In this document: positions 14,491 to 30,700 of the stretch, piece after piece | Position numbering within the stretch: position 1 is the stretch's first letter | Layout of the letters: every line of letters begins with the position of its first letter | Origin: the human T2T-CHM13v2.0 reference genome, Homo sapiens | Reading direction: 5' to 3' (one strand) | DNA length: 64,000 nucleotides | Assembly (NCBI RefSeq): GCF_009914755.1 | Contig: NC_060939.1 | Notes under the pieces: model-generated | Databases searched by the model: none | Told to the model about the DNA's origin: nothing | What the model saw: the letters and a program-made list of their open reading frames with translations, nothing else | Program-made: the position numbers and the translations under genes

Positions 14491-17400
14491 TTCATACCTA
14501 CTTAGCTCGAGAAACGAATGATGCAGCAAGGGAAGTAAGAGAATCAACATGGAAGTGGGTGGGCAGGATTTCTGCTTTCTACCAGGAGCAGTGAGTCCTG
14601 CCCCCACAGCTGTAGTGGGCGTATTACTTCGGCACTTAGGAAGGTGGCAGATGTCACATGAGCACTCCTGCTGGGATCCTTTGCTGACTTCTGGCCCCTG
14701 CCATCTGCAAATTTCCATAGTGTGGGGCTTAGAAAACTGAAAATTTGTTGCATTGCCTTAGTGCTCAATTTTTACAAATTAGGAATAAAATACAAGATGA
14801 CAGAAGTTGTACTCATAAAAGAAATTTATGTCCACTGAAAGTTAAGCCATGTTCATTCTTCTCAGATGAATTGGGATTTAGCATTATGTTAGTTTCCTGA
14901 TCACAGCCCTTGATGCCAGTTTTCCTGTATGTACCTGTTTGATGCATTTATATCTATTGACTAAGTATTGAAAATATATTAATAGGTAGGGTTTCCATAA
15001 CCTGCAGTAGTTTTAAGAATCATTTTCAAGGAAAATGGGTCTCTAGTTTCACGTATATAATATTATCCAATAATCAATCTTGTTTGTTATAATTAAAGCC
15101 AATTTGTATTATTCAGTTTTCTACCTCAAAATCCTTCCCCCCTTCTCCTAAATTCAAAAACAGAAGCAAGATGCTTCTCTTCAAAATGGCATGAGTTCTG
15201 GTCCCCACTGCTCTTGCCATTAGACTGTAAATTTCCCTGCTGTACTCAGAGAATCAATCTCAAAACCATTTCCAAAAGAAAAAGACATTTCTTATTAACT
15301 CACAGCCCAGAAGTTTTATTCGAACTGTGTCCCCTAGATCCTTCCCAGTGTTGGAGGACAAACAGCGACATATGACATATAAGGTATCTAGATACCATGG
15401 GGGTCTACAGGGCAGAAGTATAGAGCTTTGAAAAAACTCGATTGTTTTAAATGTTCTGTCTCACTGCAGTTAATTAAGACAGAAATGAACATCCTTAAAA
15501 ATGCTATTTTTGATAGTGGAAATGAGAAAGTGGAATTAGGGAGTACCATTTTCATACCTTCTTACCTCCCCACTGTAAAAAAGGAAAAGCAACCATTGAG
15601 CAAGTGCACAGAACTCTCTCTACTAGGAGTACAGTACTTTACAGCATCGTCATGGAATAAGTAAAAGAATCTGTTTCTGCCAGTTCTCTGGAAGTTCTGA
15701 GTTCTTTAAAAGCTGAGTGTAGCTCTTTGCCCTTACACAATCACCCACTTTCCCTAAGCGGCCCTTCATTGTCAAATGCAACGTTAAAAAAATAAATAAA
15801 TTTTAAAAAAACCCTTCATCTTCTATTCCCTATCTCTTTTACAGTCTAACGAACACCTCCCTTTGTGTTTTCCTCTGAACTGTCTTCTTTGTGGCACCTC
15901 CTGCTGAATCACACAAGAGAATCTATTTTGGGTTATTTTGTCACTATTTTATGCCTCCTCCCATCCCCCGCAGTTTGATTTCCCAGATGCTCTCACTTTA
16001 CTGTCTTTTGAATTTTCCTGCGCTTTCCATCTTCAGAGTGATTTATGATCATCCTTGCCTATTTTTTACTGTGTCATGAAAAGAAATTGTTGTTATCAGT
16101 GGAAAAACACTTCTTTTCCTTCAGCATTATTTCTTGTCTACACATCTTGATCTTTTTCAAAATACTTTGCCAATTATTCTTATTTTCAGTTCCTATTGTT
16201 TGGTTCAATTTTTCCGATGAGTCAAGATCAAAGTGCGAGGTGTCCCATCCCAGGAACGGAAGCAGACTTTTGCTTATTTGGCCTATTTATTTGGCCCAGT
16301 TGCTGAGTTGCTCCTAGCTTGAGAAAGATGTCTTGGGCATTTGCATTTTTCCTATACAGTAGTAATTCTTGATGTCTTCTGGCTTTGGAGTAGTGATTAG
16401 TGGAATGGAGAAAGGTTAAGAAGATTTTGAAAGATGGCAGCTTCTAGCAATCTTATTTTAAGATTAAGAAAAAAATCTCTGCCAAAGAAATAGTCCCGAA
16501 ATGCTGTCGCAAGCTTAAATTCAAAAACGTACATTCACTTGCTGGAATTGTTGTTGTTGCTTTTTACAAAGCAGTATTAATGCAGAGTAATGAGATGCAA
16601 TCTGTCTGTACTAGCCAAAGCAAATGAAAACTCATTGCTCTGGTTGAAGGTGAGGTTTCAATTCATCCATGTAAACCTGCACCAAAAATGGAAACTCTCT
16701 TGCTGACTTCATTAAAGAGCTTGCACCTTGTACTGAAATCTGCCTCATGGTTGAACAAATGTGTTTTGCTGACATTGGGTTGAGTCATGAAAAGTAATTT
16801 CTTCCTAGACAATATTTGCTAGTACTGTCTATTTGACAATGTAAAACTAAATTTGGAAAATTAGACCCTGCCATGGGTATATATACACATTGACAAGTGG
16901 TTTTCTAATACAGTTTTCGGTTCCCCATTTGCTTGTTTTTGTACGTTCATTTTTAGTGGACAATATATATATATTTTTCCAGAAGACATTTTGGAATCAT
17001 CTAGTTCATATAGAAAAAATGTGTTAATTTTCCCAGGTGGAGTGTTTTTGTTCTGGGTGGTTCTTAAGACTACCATGTTCAAAACATCTCTCAAGTGTTT
17101 CCACTGGACTTTAATTTCAGAGGCTGGTTCTGGGCATAAAACCCCTGATGAGTATAATAACAGAACCATTGAGAAGACGGTTTCTTAAAACAAACAAGGC
17201 CTACTTTCTGGTCATGTAAAAATGAGTTATCACTGCTTCAGCCACTACAAAGCTCAAAGTAGGGGAGGTGACTTAACATAAAAATTAAGAGGCCAAGACT
17301 GAAAAGATTATATTTAATAAGTATAATTGAAAAGTCTTGAGCTTAAGCATGACAGAGGGTTAGCAGAAGTTCTGATGCTATAGCTGATGTTCAGAATTTT

Positions 17401-17817
17401 GTTGCTGAAATCCACTTTCCCAATTCTCCCACATTTTGCAGGTAGGAAGGAGGCTTGCACAGATGTGAACTGACTTCCCCAAGTTTGCACAGCTGATAAA
17501 TAACATAACCAGAATGAGAACTCAGGTTGTCTCGTTTCTAGTCCACTGCTTTTTTTCTTTTCTTTTCTTTTTCTTTTTTTTGCAAGTTCAGTATGAAGTA
17601 ACTGAGATAGAGTTGCCAAAATCTATATTACAAACTCAGGAAAAAGAAGAATAGAACAGAGTATAAGCCTACCTACTCTTCAGCAATCAACTTATGCACT
17701 AAATAAATATTTATTGAGTAGCCACTATGTGCCAGGCATGGAGCTCCTAGCTCACAGCATTACAAAGGACTATATAAGATATCATCTAGCAGCTATTTTA
17801 TAATTTTCAGCAGCTAC

Positions 17818-17915
17818 TATTATTATTATTATTTTGAAACAGGTTCTCCCTTTGTCACTCTGGCTAGAGTGCAGTGGTGCAATCACAGCTCACTGCAGCC
17901 TTGACCTCCCAGGCT
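17818..17915 (-). mobile_element. AluJ/FLAM fragment
   Basis: ggctagagtgcagtggtgcaatcacagctcactgcagccttgacctccc. Confidence 0.8.
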
Positions 17916-19332
17916 CTTAGGTGGCCTCTTAGGTTCCTTACCGCTCTAAAGGCCCATGTTCCTGGAAAAGCTTCTATAAATGTTTTCACGATGGAGTTTT
18001 AAATATAAATTCTGCACAGGAGTAACAGTGTTCATTCTAGACCAGCCACAAGACTAAGGAGAGGGTCTCAGACTTTGTACTCTGCCATGCAGAGTACAGA
18101 CTTTGTATTCTGGGTCCAGCCTGGGTCCCAGCAGAGCAGAAGGAGAAGAGTGTGACGCTCTCCACTGAATTCCCAGCACCTCATTGCATCAGGCTACACA
18201 GTGTTCAAGAGAAAATACATAGTTTTTAATATGGAAAATTTTCCAAACTACAAAAAGAATATGCTCTGTTTACAAAAGTTTAACCATTACTGAAATCCCT
18301 ACATGAAAGTGAAAATCCTTAATCATTCCATCCACCCAGTAAAGCGGTTTGGCATACATTTCTCTAAATGCTTTTTTGAATGTATTAACATGCGCCATTT
18401 CTTAATAAAAATCTAGTTATGTTCTATTTAGTAACTTTGTGTTTTTACATAATTATCTTAGATATGTTAGATGTTACTGTATTTATTTGAAAAAGGCTTA
18501 TACAGCATTTCATTGAATGGAAGTATCATTTTAAACCATCATTATATATATTTTTTCCTATTTTTAAAACAATAATACTATACCAACTTCCAAAGGATAT
18601 TGATCTTTGTGGTTGCAAAATAGAGGTGACAGGTGATTCTTGGAAATTAGAGAAATACAACACTAGATTTTTAGATGGCTGTGTGCGTGTATGTGTTGGA
18701 GTGAGAAGGACATAACTGAGAGGGAGTTGGTCACAAAAATGTATTGAACGAAAATAGATTGTAATTTCTCTAAAGAGAACACTGTGACATTTTATTGTGT
18801 CTACATACTGACCTCAGTGGTTTCAAAGCAGTGCTACTGAAATTAATGGAGGAAAATTCTCTTCTCCTTATTATTTACCTGAATCCTCCAATACAATTTG
18901 CACCCAAAGTGTGGCAGTAACCCATGCAGCTGCAAGAGCAGGAACCCTGGAACCATTTGGAAGGAGAGCACAGTGGTTTATGTATGGCTTCATCTTTTAT
19001 TCTGGGCATTATCCAGAGAAATAGTTCAAATATTGATATCCAAATGTAAGAACTGGTATTCTGTATCTACTGTTGGAGTTCAAAATTCTTCAAAATGCCC
19101 TGTTGTGCGGGGGGCACCTTGTAGTAATTAGAAATCCTCTTGATATCAGAAAAAATGGTAGGCAAGGTTTTCCCCTGAACTTTGCTTTATAAGTAAGTAC
19201 ACCAGAAAAGGGGGCCTCCAGCATAATCGTGCTTGCTTTATTTGTAAAGGCCCTAAAAGCACGTTAGAATCCAAACTAGTGTTATTGATTTTTAAAATTA
19301 CTAGGCTTTATTTTAGATTAAAATAAAAATTG

Positions 19333-19445
19333 AAGGCTTAGGTGGGAGGGTTGCTTGAGGCCAGGAGTTCGAGACCAGCCTGGGCAACATAGCAAGACCC
19401 TGTATCCACAAAAATTTTAAAAAAATAGCTGGGCATGGTGGTGGA
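19333..19445 (+). mobile_element. AluJ/FLAM left-arm fragment
   Basis: gaggccaggagttcgagaccagcctgggcaacatagcaagaccc. Confidence 0.8.
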
Positions 19446-19920
19446 CAGACATGCATCTGGTGTTTTTCTCATGATTAGGCTGGGAGTATGTGTTTTGGGG
19501 AGGAAGATCACAGATGTAAAATGCCATTTTCATCATGTCATATCATGGGTCCATATTATCAATATGTTGACTGTTGGTGCTGACCTTGATCACCTGGCTG
19601 ACATAGTACTTGTTGGCTTTCTCCACAGTAAAGTTACCCCCATAATGTCCCCTTCAGAGGGAAGTCACCATGCACAGCCTACACTTAAGGAGTGAAGAGG
19701 TATGTTCCACCTGTTTAAGGGCAGAGAATCCGCATAAATGATTTGGAAGTCTTCTGCATGGAGGATGTCTTTTCTCCTGTTCTATTAATTTATTCAATCA
19801 TTGATTTATATCATGAATGTAAATAAATGGAATCATGGATATTTATTCTGTATCTTGAGTTATAGTCCAATATCACTTCATCTTGTTGCTCATGTTGTGT
19901 CAGATTTGGACATTGGGAGC

Positions 19921-20182
19921 TTTTTTTTTTTTTTGAGACGGAGTCTTGCTCTGTCGCCCAGGCTGGAGTGCAGTGGTGCTATCTCGGCTCACTGCAAGCT
20001 CCGCCTCCCGGGGTCATGCCATTCTCCTGCCTCAGCCTCCTGAGTAGCTGGGACTACAGGCACCCGCCACCATGCCTGGCTAATTTTTTGTATTTTTCAG
20101 TAGAGACGGGGTTTCACCGTGTTATCCAGGATGGTCTTGATCTCCTGACCTCGTGATCCGCCCGCCTCAGCCTCCCAAAGTG
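19921..20182 (-). mobile_element. 5'-truncated AluY
   Basis: Alu ends at cccaaagtg; TSD tgggagct at 19914-19921 and 20183-20190. Confidence 0.92.
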
Positions 20183-20855
20183 TGGGAGCTCTTTGAATTG
20201 GCTCCTGTGCCCCTTTGTCATAGCCCATCAATTAAACAAAATTTGCTTTTAGGACTTCCTTACTTTCTGACACTAGAAGGTATTCCAGGCTCATCTTGTA
20301 TATTTTCTGCCCCAGTCCTAGAATCAGCCATTTCTTCCAGGAACCCTAGTTCCTTTCATTGGAGAGTGATATCAGAAACCAACTTCCAGGTACTATGTAC
20401 CCTTGTTGCTACTGGCATTTTTTTTTTTTGGCACTTTTAACTGACAGAGCAAAGAAAGATATGTATGTATATTAAGAGTAGTATATACATACATCTATAA
20501 ACATTCCTATATGTAACAATCTGTGTCTCTAGTAAGCTAAACATGAGTGCTGATTGATATCTTCAACTCTATACATTATCACATGGATTATTCTGGCCTT
20601 CTCCCTTTGCTTATCTATAAATTCTACTCCCGCAGTGAGAAACCTGTCTCACACCATCTGCCCTGCATTTACTAAGTTGTTCAGTTCTAGTATACATAGA
20701 TAGCTGTATCAAAATTGTTAGCCCATAACCCCTGTGGGAAACAACTTCACTGCAGTACAGTGTTTACATGCAGTTCCTATAGCCTGTAGTCTTACAGACT
20801 TCATTCATTTCCAGAGTTACTTAGGTTGGCATCTTTTCCTCTCTCACTTCAGTGA

Positions 20856-21249
<394 letters not shown>

Positions 21250-22049
21250 TTAAAAAAAAAAAATTGCATGCATTAAGTTTCACTCTGTGCTGTGAAGTTT
21301 GGCGAGTTTTGCCAGATGTGTCGTGTCATGTATCCACTATTGCAGCATAATACAGAATAGTTTATCACCCTAAAAATCCCCTGTGTTTTATTTTTTTCTC
21401 CTCCCCCCGACACCCTGGCAGCCACTGATATTTTCATTGTCTCTATAGTTTGCCATTTCCGAAAGGTCATGTAATTGGAATCATACAGTAGGTAGCTTTT
21501 TCAGACTGGTTTCTTTTGCTTAGCAATATGCACTTAAGGTTCCTCTGTATCTTTTTGTGGCTTGATAGCTTGTGCCTTTTTTTTTTTTTTTTTTTGCTAG
21601 ATAATATTCTACAGGGTGGATGTACCACAGTTTGTTTATCTGTTTACCTATAGAAGTACATTTTAATTGCTTCCAGTTTTGGGGAATTATGACTAAAGCT
21701 ACTAGTAATGATTCACATACACGTTTTGTGTAGACATAAGGTTTCAGCCTAATTGGGTAAATTCCTAGGAGCGTGAATGCTAGATGTATGGTAAGAGCAG
21801 GTTTAGTTTATAAGAAACTGCCAAACTGTCTTCCAAAGTGGCTGCACCATTTTGAGTTCCCACCAGCAATGAATGAGAGTTCCTGTTGCTTGCCATCCTT
21901 ACCAGCATTTAATATGTCAGTTTTCTGAATTTATCCATTCTAATAGATGTTTAATGGTATCTCATTGTTTTAATTTGCAATTCCCTAATGACGAATGACG
22001 CCAAGCATCTTTTCATATGCTTTTTTCCTCCCATTTGTGTACCTTCTTT

Positions 22050-24633
<2,584 letters not shown>

Positions 24634-25599
24634 TAAATTGTTGAGTTTTAAAAAAATATTTTCAGTCTTTATCAAATCCTTACATAGATGGGCCTTAGTT
24701 ACAGTTCCTTTATCAGATATGTGTTTTGCAAATATTTTCCCCTTTCTGTGGCTTATCTTCTCATCCTCTTACCAGTGTCTTTCATGTGTTTTTAAATTTT
24801 ATGGCCATTTTCTTTACTCTCAGAGAATAGCTCTGAGAATTAGGGTTGAATTCTTCTGGTGCTAGGTGAGATCAATTATTTTGATACAGTCAGTGCTTTC
24901 TTCTTCCCCTTTCTATATTGATAACCACTGGTCTAGATTCCCACTGCTGAGCCAAGCCCACCACACTCTGGAGTCTGCCCTTGTTGACTTAACGAGATAG
25001 AAGCAATGAGGAGGTGCACAAAATCCTAGGAGACTTGGTGCTTCGTTTTGTCTCTGCTCATTATCAGCTGCGTGGCTTTAAAAAGACAGTGGTATTTCTC
25101 TGTGCTGCAGTTACTTTGGGTCTGATACTCTTTAAGCTAACAATGCATAGAATATTATTCACAAGCAAAAGTTTTACTGGGAAAGTATTTGATTACTCTT
25201 ACTGAGTTTCAAGGTTGACTACTACAAATAGCTTTTAAAACAGATACCTATGCCCACTTCTGTTTACTCATGGTGGTCATTTAGAGAGCTAAGGTTAAAG
25301 CTGTAACTGGATGATTTCTAGGAAGTAGGTTCAAGCAGTTCCAAATATTTCACTTAACACACGAGGACGATGGGGACCTGTTTGCTCTTCTTTTAATATG
25401 TTATATTTACTATGCACTTGGAAATCTACCCCGGACCTAACATGAGCTCTCCTTTTGAAAGTGCCCCCCAAAATGGAGCACCTACTCTATGAAACCTTCT
25501 CTGACATTTATTAGATAAAGTAGAAAGGTTTAGAGCAGCAGTTCTAGTGTTGTTTCATCTTCTTCATTCCTCTTCTCTAAGGTATATGAGTGCATTTTT

Positions 25600-25990
25600 T
25601 ATATTTAGCTTGAATTTAAATTAGAACAGCCTAAGTCAACTGTGGGGAAGATAGTAATATACAGCCAAGTCCGATTTTTGCCTTGGTAAGATATTTCTGT
25701 TATTCTATATGCCAAGGAAAGTAACTGAAGAATTTTAAGGAGAATACTGATGTGATTTGATAACTTTTTTGCTTTTTCTGGAGAGGTCACCCTTGAAGGT
25801 GCGCATAAAAGGGATTTTAGTTGGGCAGGAGCAAAAGCAGAGAAACATGTTAGGGAGTGATCACAATAGGCAAAGCTACAAAATATCTTGGACCATCTGG
25901 TGGCAGTGGAGTTGGGGAGAAGGCATCAGATTTGAAGCTTATTTGGGAGGTAAAGCTAACCAGATTTGCTGTTAGATTGAATCTGAGTGG
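25600..25990 (-). mobile_element. L2 fragment
   Basis: ggtggcagtggagttggggagaagg...atttgaagcttatttgggagg. Confidence 0.55.
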
Positions 25991-25996
25991 AAAATA

Positions 25997-26093
25997 TGAC
26001 AACTAACCATACTGGTTTGCCCAAGACTGTCTTGATTTTACCACTGAAAGTCCCACATCCTAGAAACCCCATCTGGAATGGATGGTTGCCCTA
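25997..26093. mobile_element. MER81-like hAT-Blackjack MITE
   Basis: ctggtttgcccaagactgtc...cactgaaagtcccacatcc...ggttgcccta. Confidence 0.65.
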
Positions 26094-27370
26094 GTGGAGG
26101 AACACCTACACTTTAAAATCAGGGGTTGAATCCACAGATCATGAAGTTTCTTTTCCCTACCTCTAAAGTTCTTTGTTGCTGTGATTCTGTGAAATACTCC
26201 TGCGGAGCAGTTTTCCCTCAATTAACAGACAGTCTAATGGTGATTTTTTTTTCAGGTAGGTCTAGGGCAGATATTGCAGAAGAAGGCATCCTATATAAGA
26301 ATAACACATCCCATCCTTTGTAACACCTATGTGAAAGAAAATTCTTTATGGTAGGAGAAATTTAGTTTCCATAAAATAAATCATGTTTTAACTCTGGGGA
26401 ATGGAAAACTGTGACTCCAGCCTTTTGAAAGATCCTTGAAGAGCAGATTGGACATTGATTTATCTGACGGCTGCCCAGAATCAAAGGAAAGCTTGACATG
26501 ACCTCTTAGGGTCACTCTTTTGATTCTTTGACAAGTGGTTTGGGTTCTACAGCAAAAGAAGTTGGAAAATGCAAAATTTGGTGAGTACTTATTGTTACTG
26601 CCCAACATAAATGTTTAACATCCCATTTTCTCAGATACAGGTGGCATCTATGAGAATTCCTTTGAGAGGCAGTCAACCTACAGCTGTTAAATTCAGCCTC
26701 TCTGCAGCATCTACCAAGAAACCACTGTGAAAGAACCATGTAGTAAGATGCCCATTTCTTAGTGTTCCTATCCACCCAGCTTTATTTCTCACATTGGAAT
26801 CTGGTCTGCCCTCCCTCACTTCTGGTAGAGCATTGCCTCTTGTTTGCTTTCTTTCTGCAAACTGCACACACAAGTGCAAACATTTTGACTAATGTCACCT
26901 ATGAAGCCTTGAACCTACCCATGGGGAAATGCTCAAAGTCATTTCAAAATCCTGTAAATGAGAGCATCTTTACAAAAAAGAAAAACTGCTAAGTGTCAAG
27001 TATCACTTCATAATGCAGCTCTTGACTTGTTATTATTCAAGAATGCCAAGCCTTTCATCTTCTTTGCAAGCCTGCCCTGGAATTGATTTAATCAGCTTTC
27101 TGTGCTTGGTGGGAAGTTGTGGTGTGGGAGTAGTTTCTCACTAACTCTCACATATACTCTTTATAAAATAAGTACATCTTTCTTTCAGGAGGTGGTTTAT
27201 CAAGGTTGATCTGGAAGCTTACTATTTTCCGTGATGCTCAATTTCCTTAGCAATTCACAAGTAAAGTAGTTGGACTTTATTGGCCTGTCTCTGACAGGAT
27301 CAGTTGAAAACCACCTTTCGGCAGCATTCATCATGAATTATTCCTACAACCAAGATCATGTATTAGTTGG

Positions 27371-27670
<300 letters not shown>

Positions 27671-27829
27671 TCATGTATTAGTTGGCTTGGCCAGACTTGT
27701 CATCTTTATATTTTCCAAAACACAAAGCATGAGATCAGGCAAAATTATGAATTCACTATTTAAATGTGAAGGTTTCTAACTTGCAGTCATATTATATTAT
27801 TTAATGGCCAGGAGAATAAGACTCGTGCT

Positions 27830-29130
27830 TATGGTAATTAATATTTATTTAGCATCATATGGTACCTATAGCATCACATAGCAGCCTTCCCAGCAACCCT
27901 ATGAGATGTATGTTATTTTTCCTACTGTACATGTAAGGAAACTGAGGTTGAAAAACTTTAAGGTGTTTGTGAAAGCTGACATCGCTAATAAGCATCAGAG
28001 ATAGGTTCGCAAATGCTGTGGAAGTCATAAGACAATCAAAGCCACGATTTAATCTTTAGGCTTCTCTTCTGCCATATTTTCTTAGGTAATTTTAAAGAGC
28101 CTTTAATCTAGTCATCAAGAGTGTCTAAAACCTTCCAGGCTGGTGTTGCTTCCATTGTAGCTGACTATATGGAGGCCCTTTGTCACTTGGGCCACCAGAA
28201 GAAGATGGCTGCTTCTCATCCCTGATCCCCTAGCTAGGTATAACCGGTGCCAATGATATTCATCTTGGGTGGAGAGGATGAGAACTTAGTATCTGTCTGA
28301 TCCCTATACTCCCTAGGTTCCCGCCACACAATTCAGCTCAGTTATTGGCTTCTTTCTCCTTTTTCCTTTGAAATATGTCATTTGTCTATTCAAAACTTGT
28401 TAAGTGCCTGCTTCATATAGAACCCTGTAGTAGATACTGTGAGAGAAACAGAAGAGTGAGACCTTCAGCTGTAGGACATTCAGGTGGAGATTTCCTGCAG
28501 ATGGATGGCGGGGGGTTCTCAGTTTCAGAGATAGATAAGAACTGTGAGTATAGATTTGTGAATCATGCATACGATGAGGTTCCATGAATCTAAGTGAAGG
28601 AGCAGCATGGTTATTTGGAAAGGAATTTTGGAGTGAGAAGGTCCGTGTTAGTCTTATGTCTGACTCTTACTAGATACCTCTGGCAATCTTTATAACCTCA
28701 ACTAAACCTAAGATCCCTTTTCTCTTAAAGCAGAATAACTGTCATTTCTACCTCACAGCATTGTCACAAGGCTGCAATGAAGTATGCTGGTGTGCTTTGT
28801 GATATGCTGTGTCTAAATTTCAGTCGTTAGTGTTATTTTTGTTTCCATCATAAACAAGTGAGAAAAATAAGAGTAGGTGAGGGTGATCCACATGAAAGTG
28901 GCCCTCTGGTTACAGTCTGCCACTTTGCAGGTAGGCTTAGAAGTCTGAATTTGAATTTGTGGACTTTTCTCTATGGACATAGTGGCACAGATCTAAGAAA
29001 TAATGATAATTAAGAACATATCAAAATAAACAAAATTATGTATAATCTCTCTGAATTTTACTTTCTCCCTTAGTAAAATGAGAATGATTATAGACACATA
29101 ATATGTTTATTTTGAGGATTAAATGAGAGA
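27830..29130. mobile_element. Cluster of MIR and L2 fragments (~27830-28060 minus, ~28600-28830 plus, ~28940-29130 plus)
   Basis: gaaactgagg, tttgaggattaaatgag and related MIR motifs. Confidence 0.5.
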
Positions 29131-30103
29131 GGTAAGTAGTAAGGAGTAAGTGTAAGTATAAGTAGATACTTGCAAATTATAAGTAGATACTCTCTGTTCC
29201 CTCATCTGTAGATTTTTTCTGTGTGTGCCATTTAGTAAGGTAAGATTGAGGTTTGCTCTCTGAGAACTAATGTAGCATTTAACTCTCCTCTAATGTGGCA
29301 TATAGTAAGAATCCAGTAAATCACAGGTAGTAATAATTATAATATGGAAAAATAGGCCTTCGGGGGCCATAGTTGAGCAATACCATTTATTACTAGGTAA
29401 TGTATCCTGGATGCTTCTTTGGAAAGGAGTGATTCCTTATGGCTGGTGACTCATGCTCTGTTCTCTTGGAAGGGTCTTTAGGAAGTGGAAGGTGTCGTGT
29501 CCCATCCTTCACTTGTCTATCTCACCTGCTTTCCCTGCCTGTATGCCACCTCTGACTTTGCTTTCCTACCACGTGGCCTGGTCCTGGACATATGTGGTGT
29601 TTGCAGCAAACAGAAGTCTAAAAATTTTGAAGGAGGGCCCAGCCCTACTTCTGCCACTTATCAGACCTGAATTATGTGGACACTGCTGGGTTTCTTTAAA
29701 ATAACTTCAGATCTGGTCTTGAATGGATCAAGAAAGATTTTCTTAATAAAACAAACAAAAACAGCAATCCTGTCCTTTATGAATTTACTTGTTTTGGAAA
29801 ACTTAATTTCCACATTGGACAAGAGAAAAGGTGAGTCCCGGTAGGTGAGGGCACAACCTGGGTATCACTCTCCTCTCTAGTGACACAAGGGTCACCCTTT
29901 GTCACCCTCACCTGTCAATACCCTCTTACATTTTAGAATTTTTCTGGCATTCAAAACCTTCAAATTTTAAAATCAGAACCCTGTTCTCCAGCTAACACAT
30001 CCAGATTTTCCAACTTCCTGCATTTTTGTCTTGCAGGTTATTTTATAGTGCCTGCTTAAAACAGGCAATAATCTATTGATATCATAGAAAATTTAGAGTT
30101 TGA

Positions 30104-30174
30104 TTGCTCTGCCTATGGAGTAGCCATTCTTTATTCCTTTACTTTCTTAATAAACTTGCTTTCACTTAAAAAAA
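30104..30174 (+). mobile_element. About 65-bp MER41-type LTR 3' fragment ending in an A-run
   Basis: gctctgcctatggagtagccattctttattcctttactttcttAATAAActtgctttcactt followed by A7. Confidence 0.7.
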
Positions 30175-30544
30175 GAAAACTCCACCTTCATTTATAAGTA
30201 TTTTAAGAAACAACCTGTTCCTTCATTAATTGGACATTATTGACTATTTTAAAACAAACATACAGGGTAATCTTCCCCCAGCACCGCCCCCAGCAGTCAC
30301 CAGCGAGCCTAATCATGTTTTGGTTCTTTTACACGGAAGTATTTTACATGAATGGCAAACTTACGTTGGATCAGATGGAAAAACTTTACTAGAAGGAGGG
30401 CTGTGTCCAAACTCTTACAGCAGTGTAGCCAGTAAGTGATTCTGTCCTTGCATTTGCCAGGGGCAAAAGCATACATCAGTGCCTTTTACCTGAGCAGCAT
30501 GTGTCAGGGCACGCTCTTAACCTCTAATTACTTTCTTCTAAGCT

Positions 30545-30700
30545 GGTAGAGTAGAGTCATGGGAAGAGTATGGAGTCAGGTTGGGTCCAATCCTGGCTGA
30601 GTGACCACTGACAAGTTGTATATCTCCTCTGAGCCTTGCTTTCCTCCTTGGTAAAGTGAGGATAATAATGCCGACTTCATGGACTTATTTTCCAGGTTAA
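30545..30700 (+). mobile_element. MIR
   Basis: ctctgagccttgctttcctcc...gaggataataatgcc. Confidence 0.6.

Noticed and set aside
27189-27260. Possible plus-strand coding exon after tctttctttcag
   Set aside because: Stops in all three frames and a weak donor (gtaaag)
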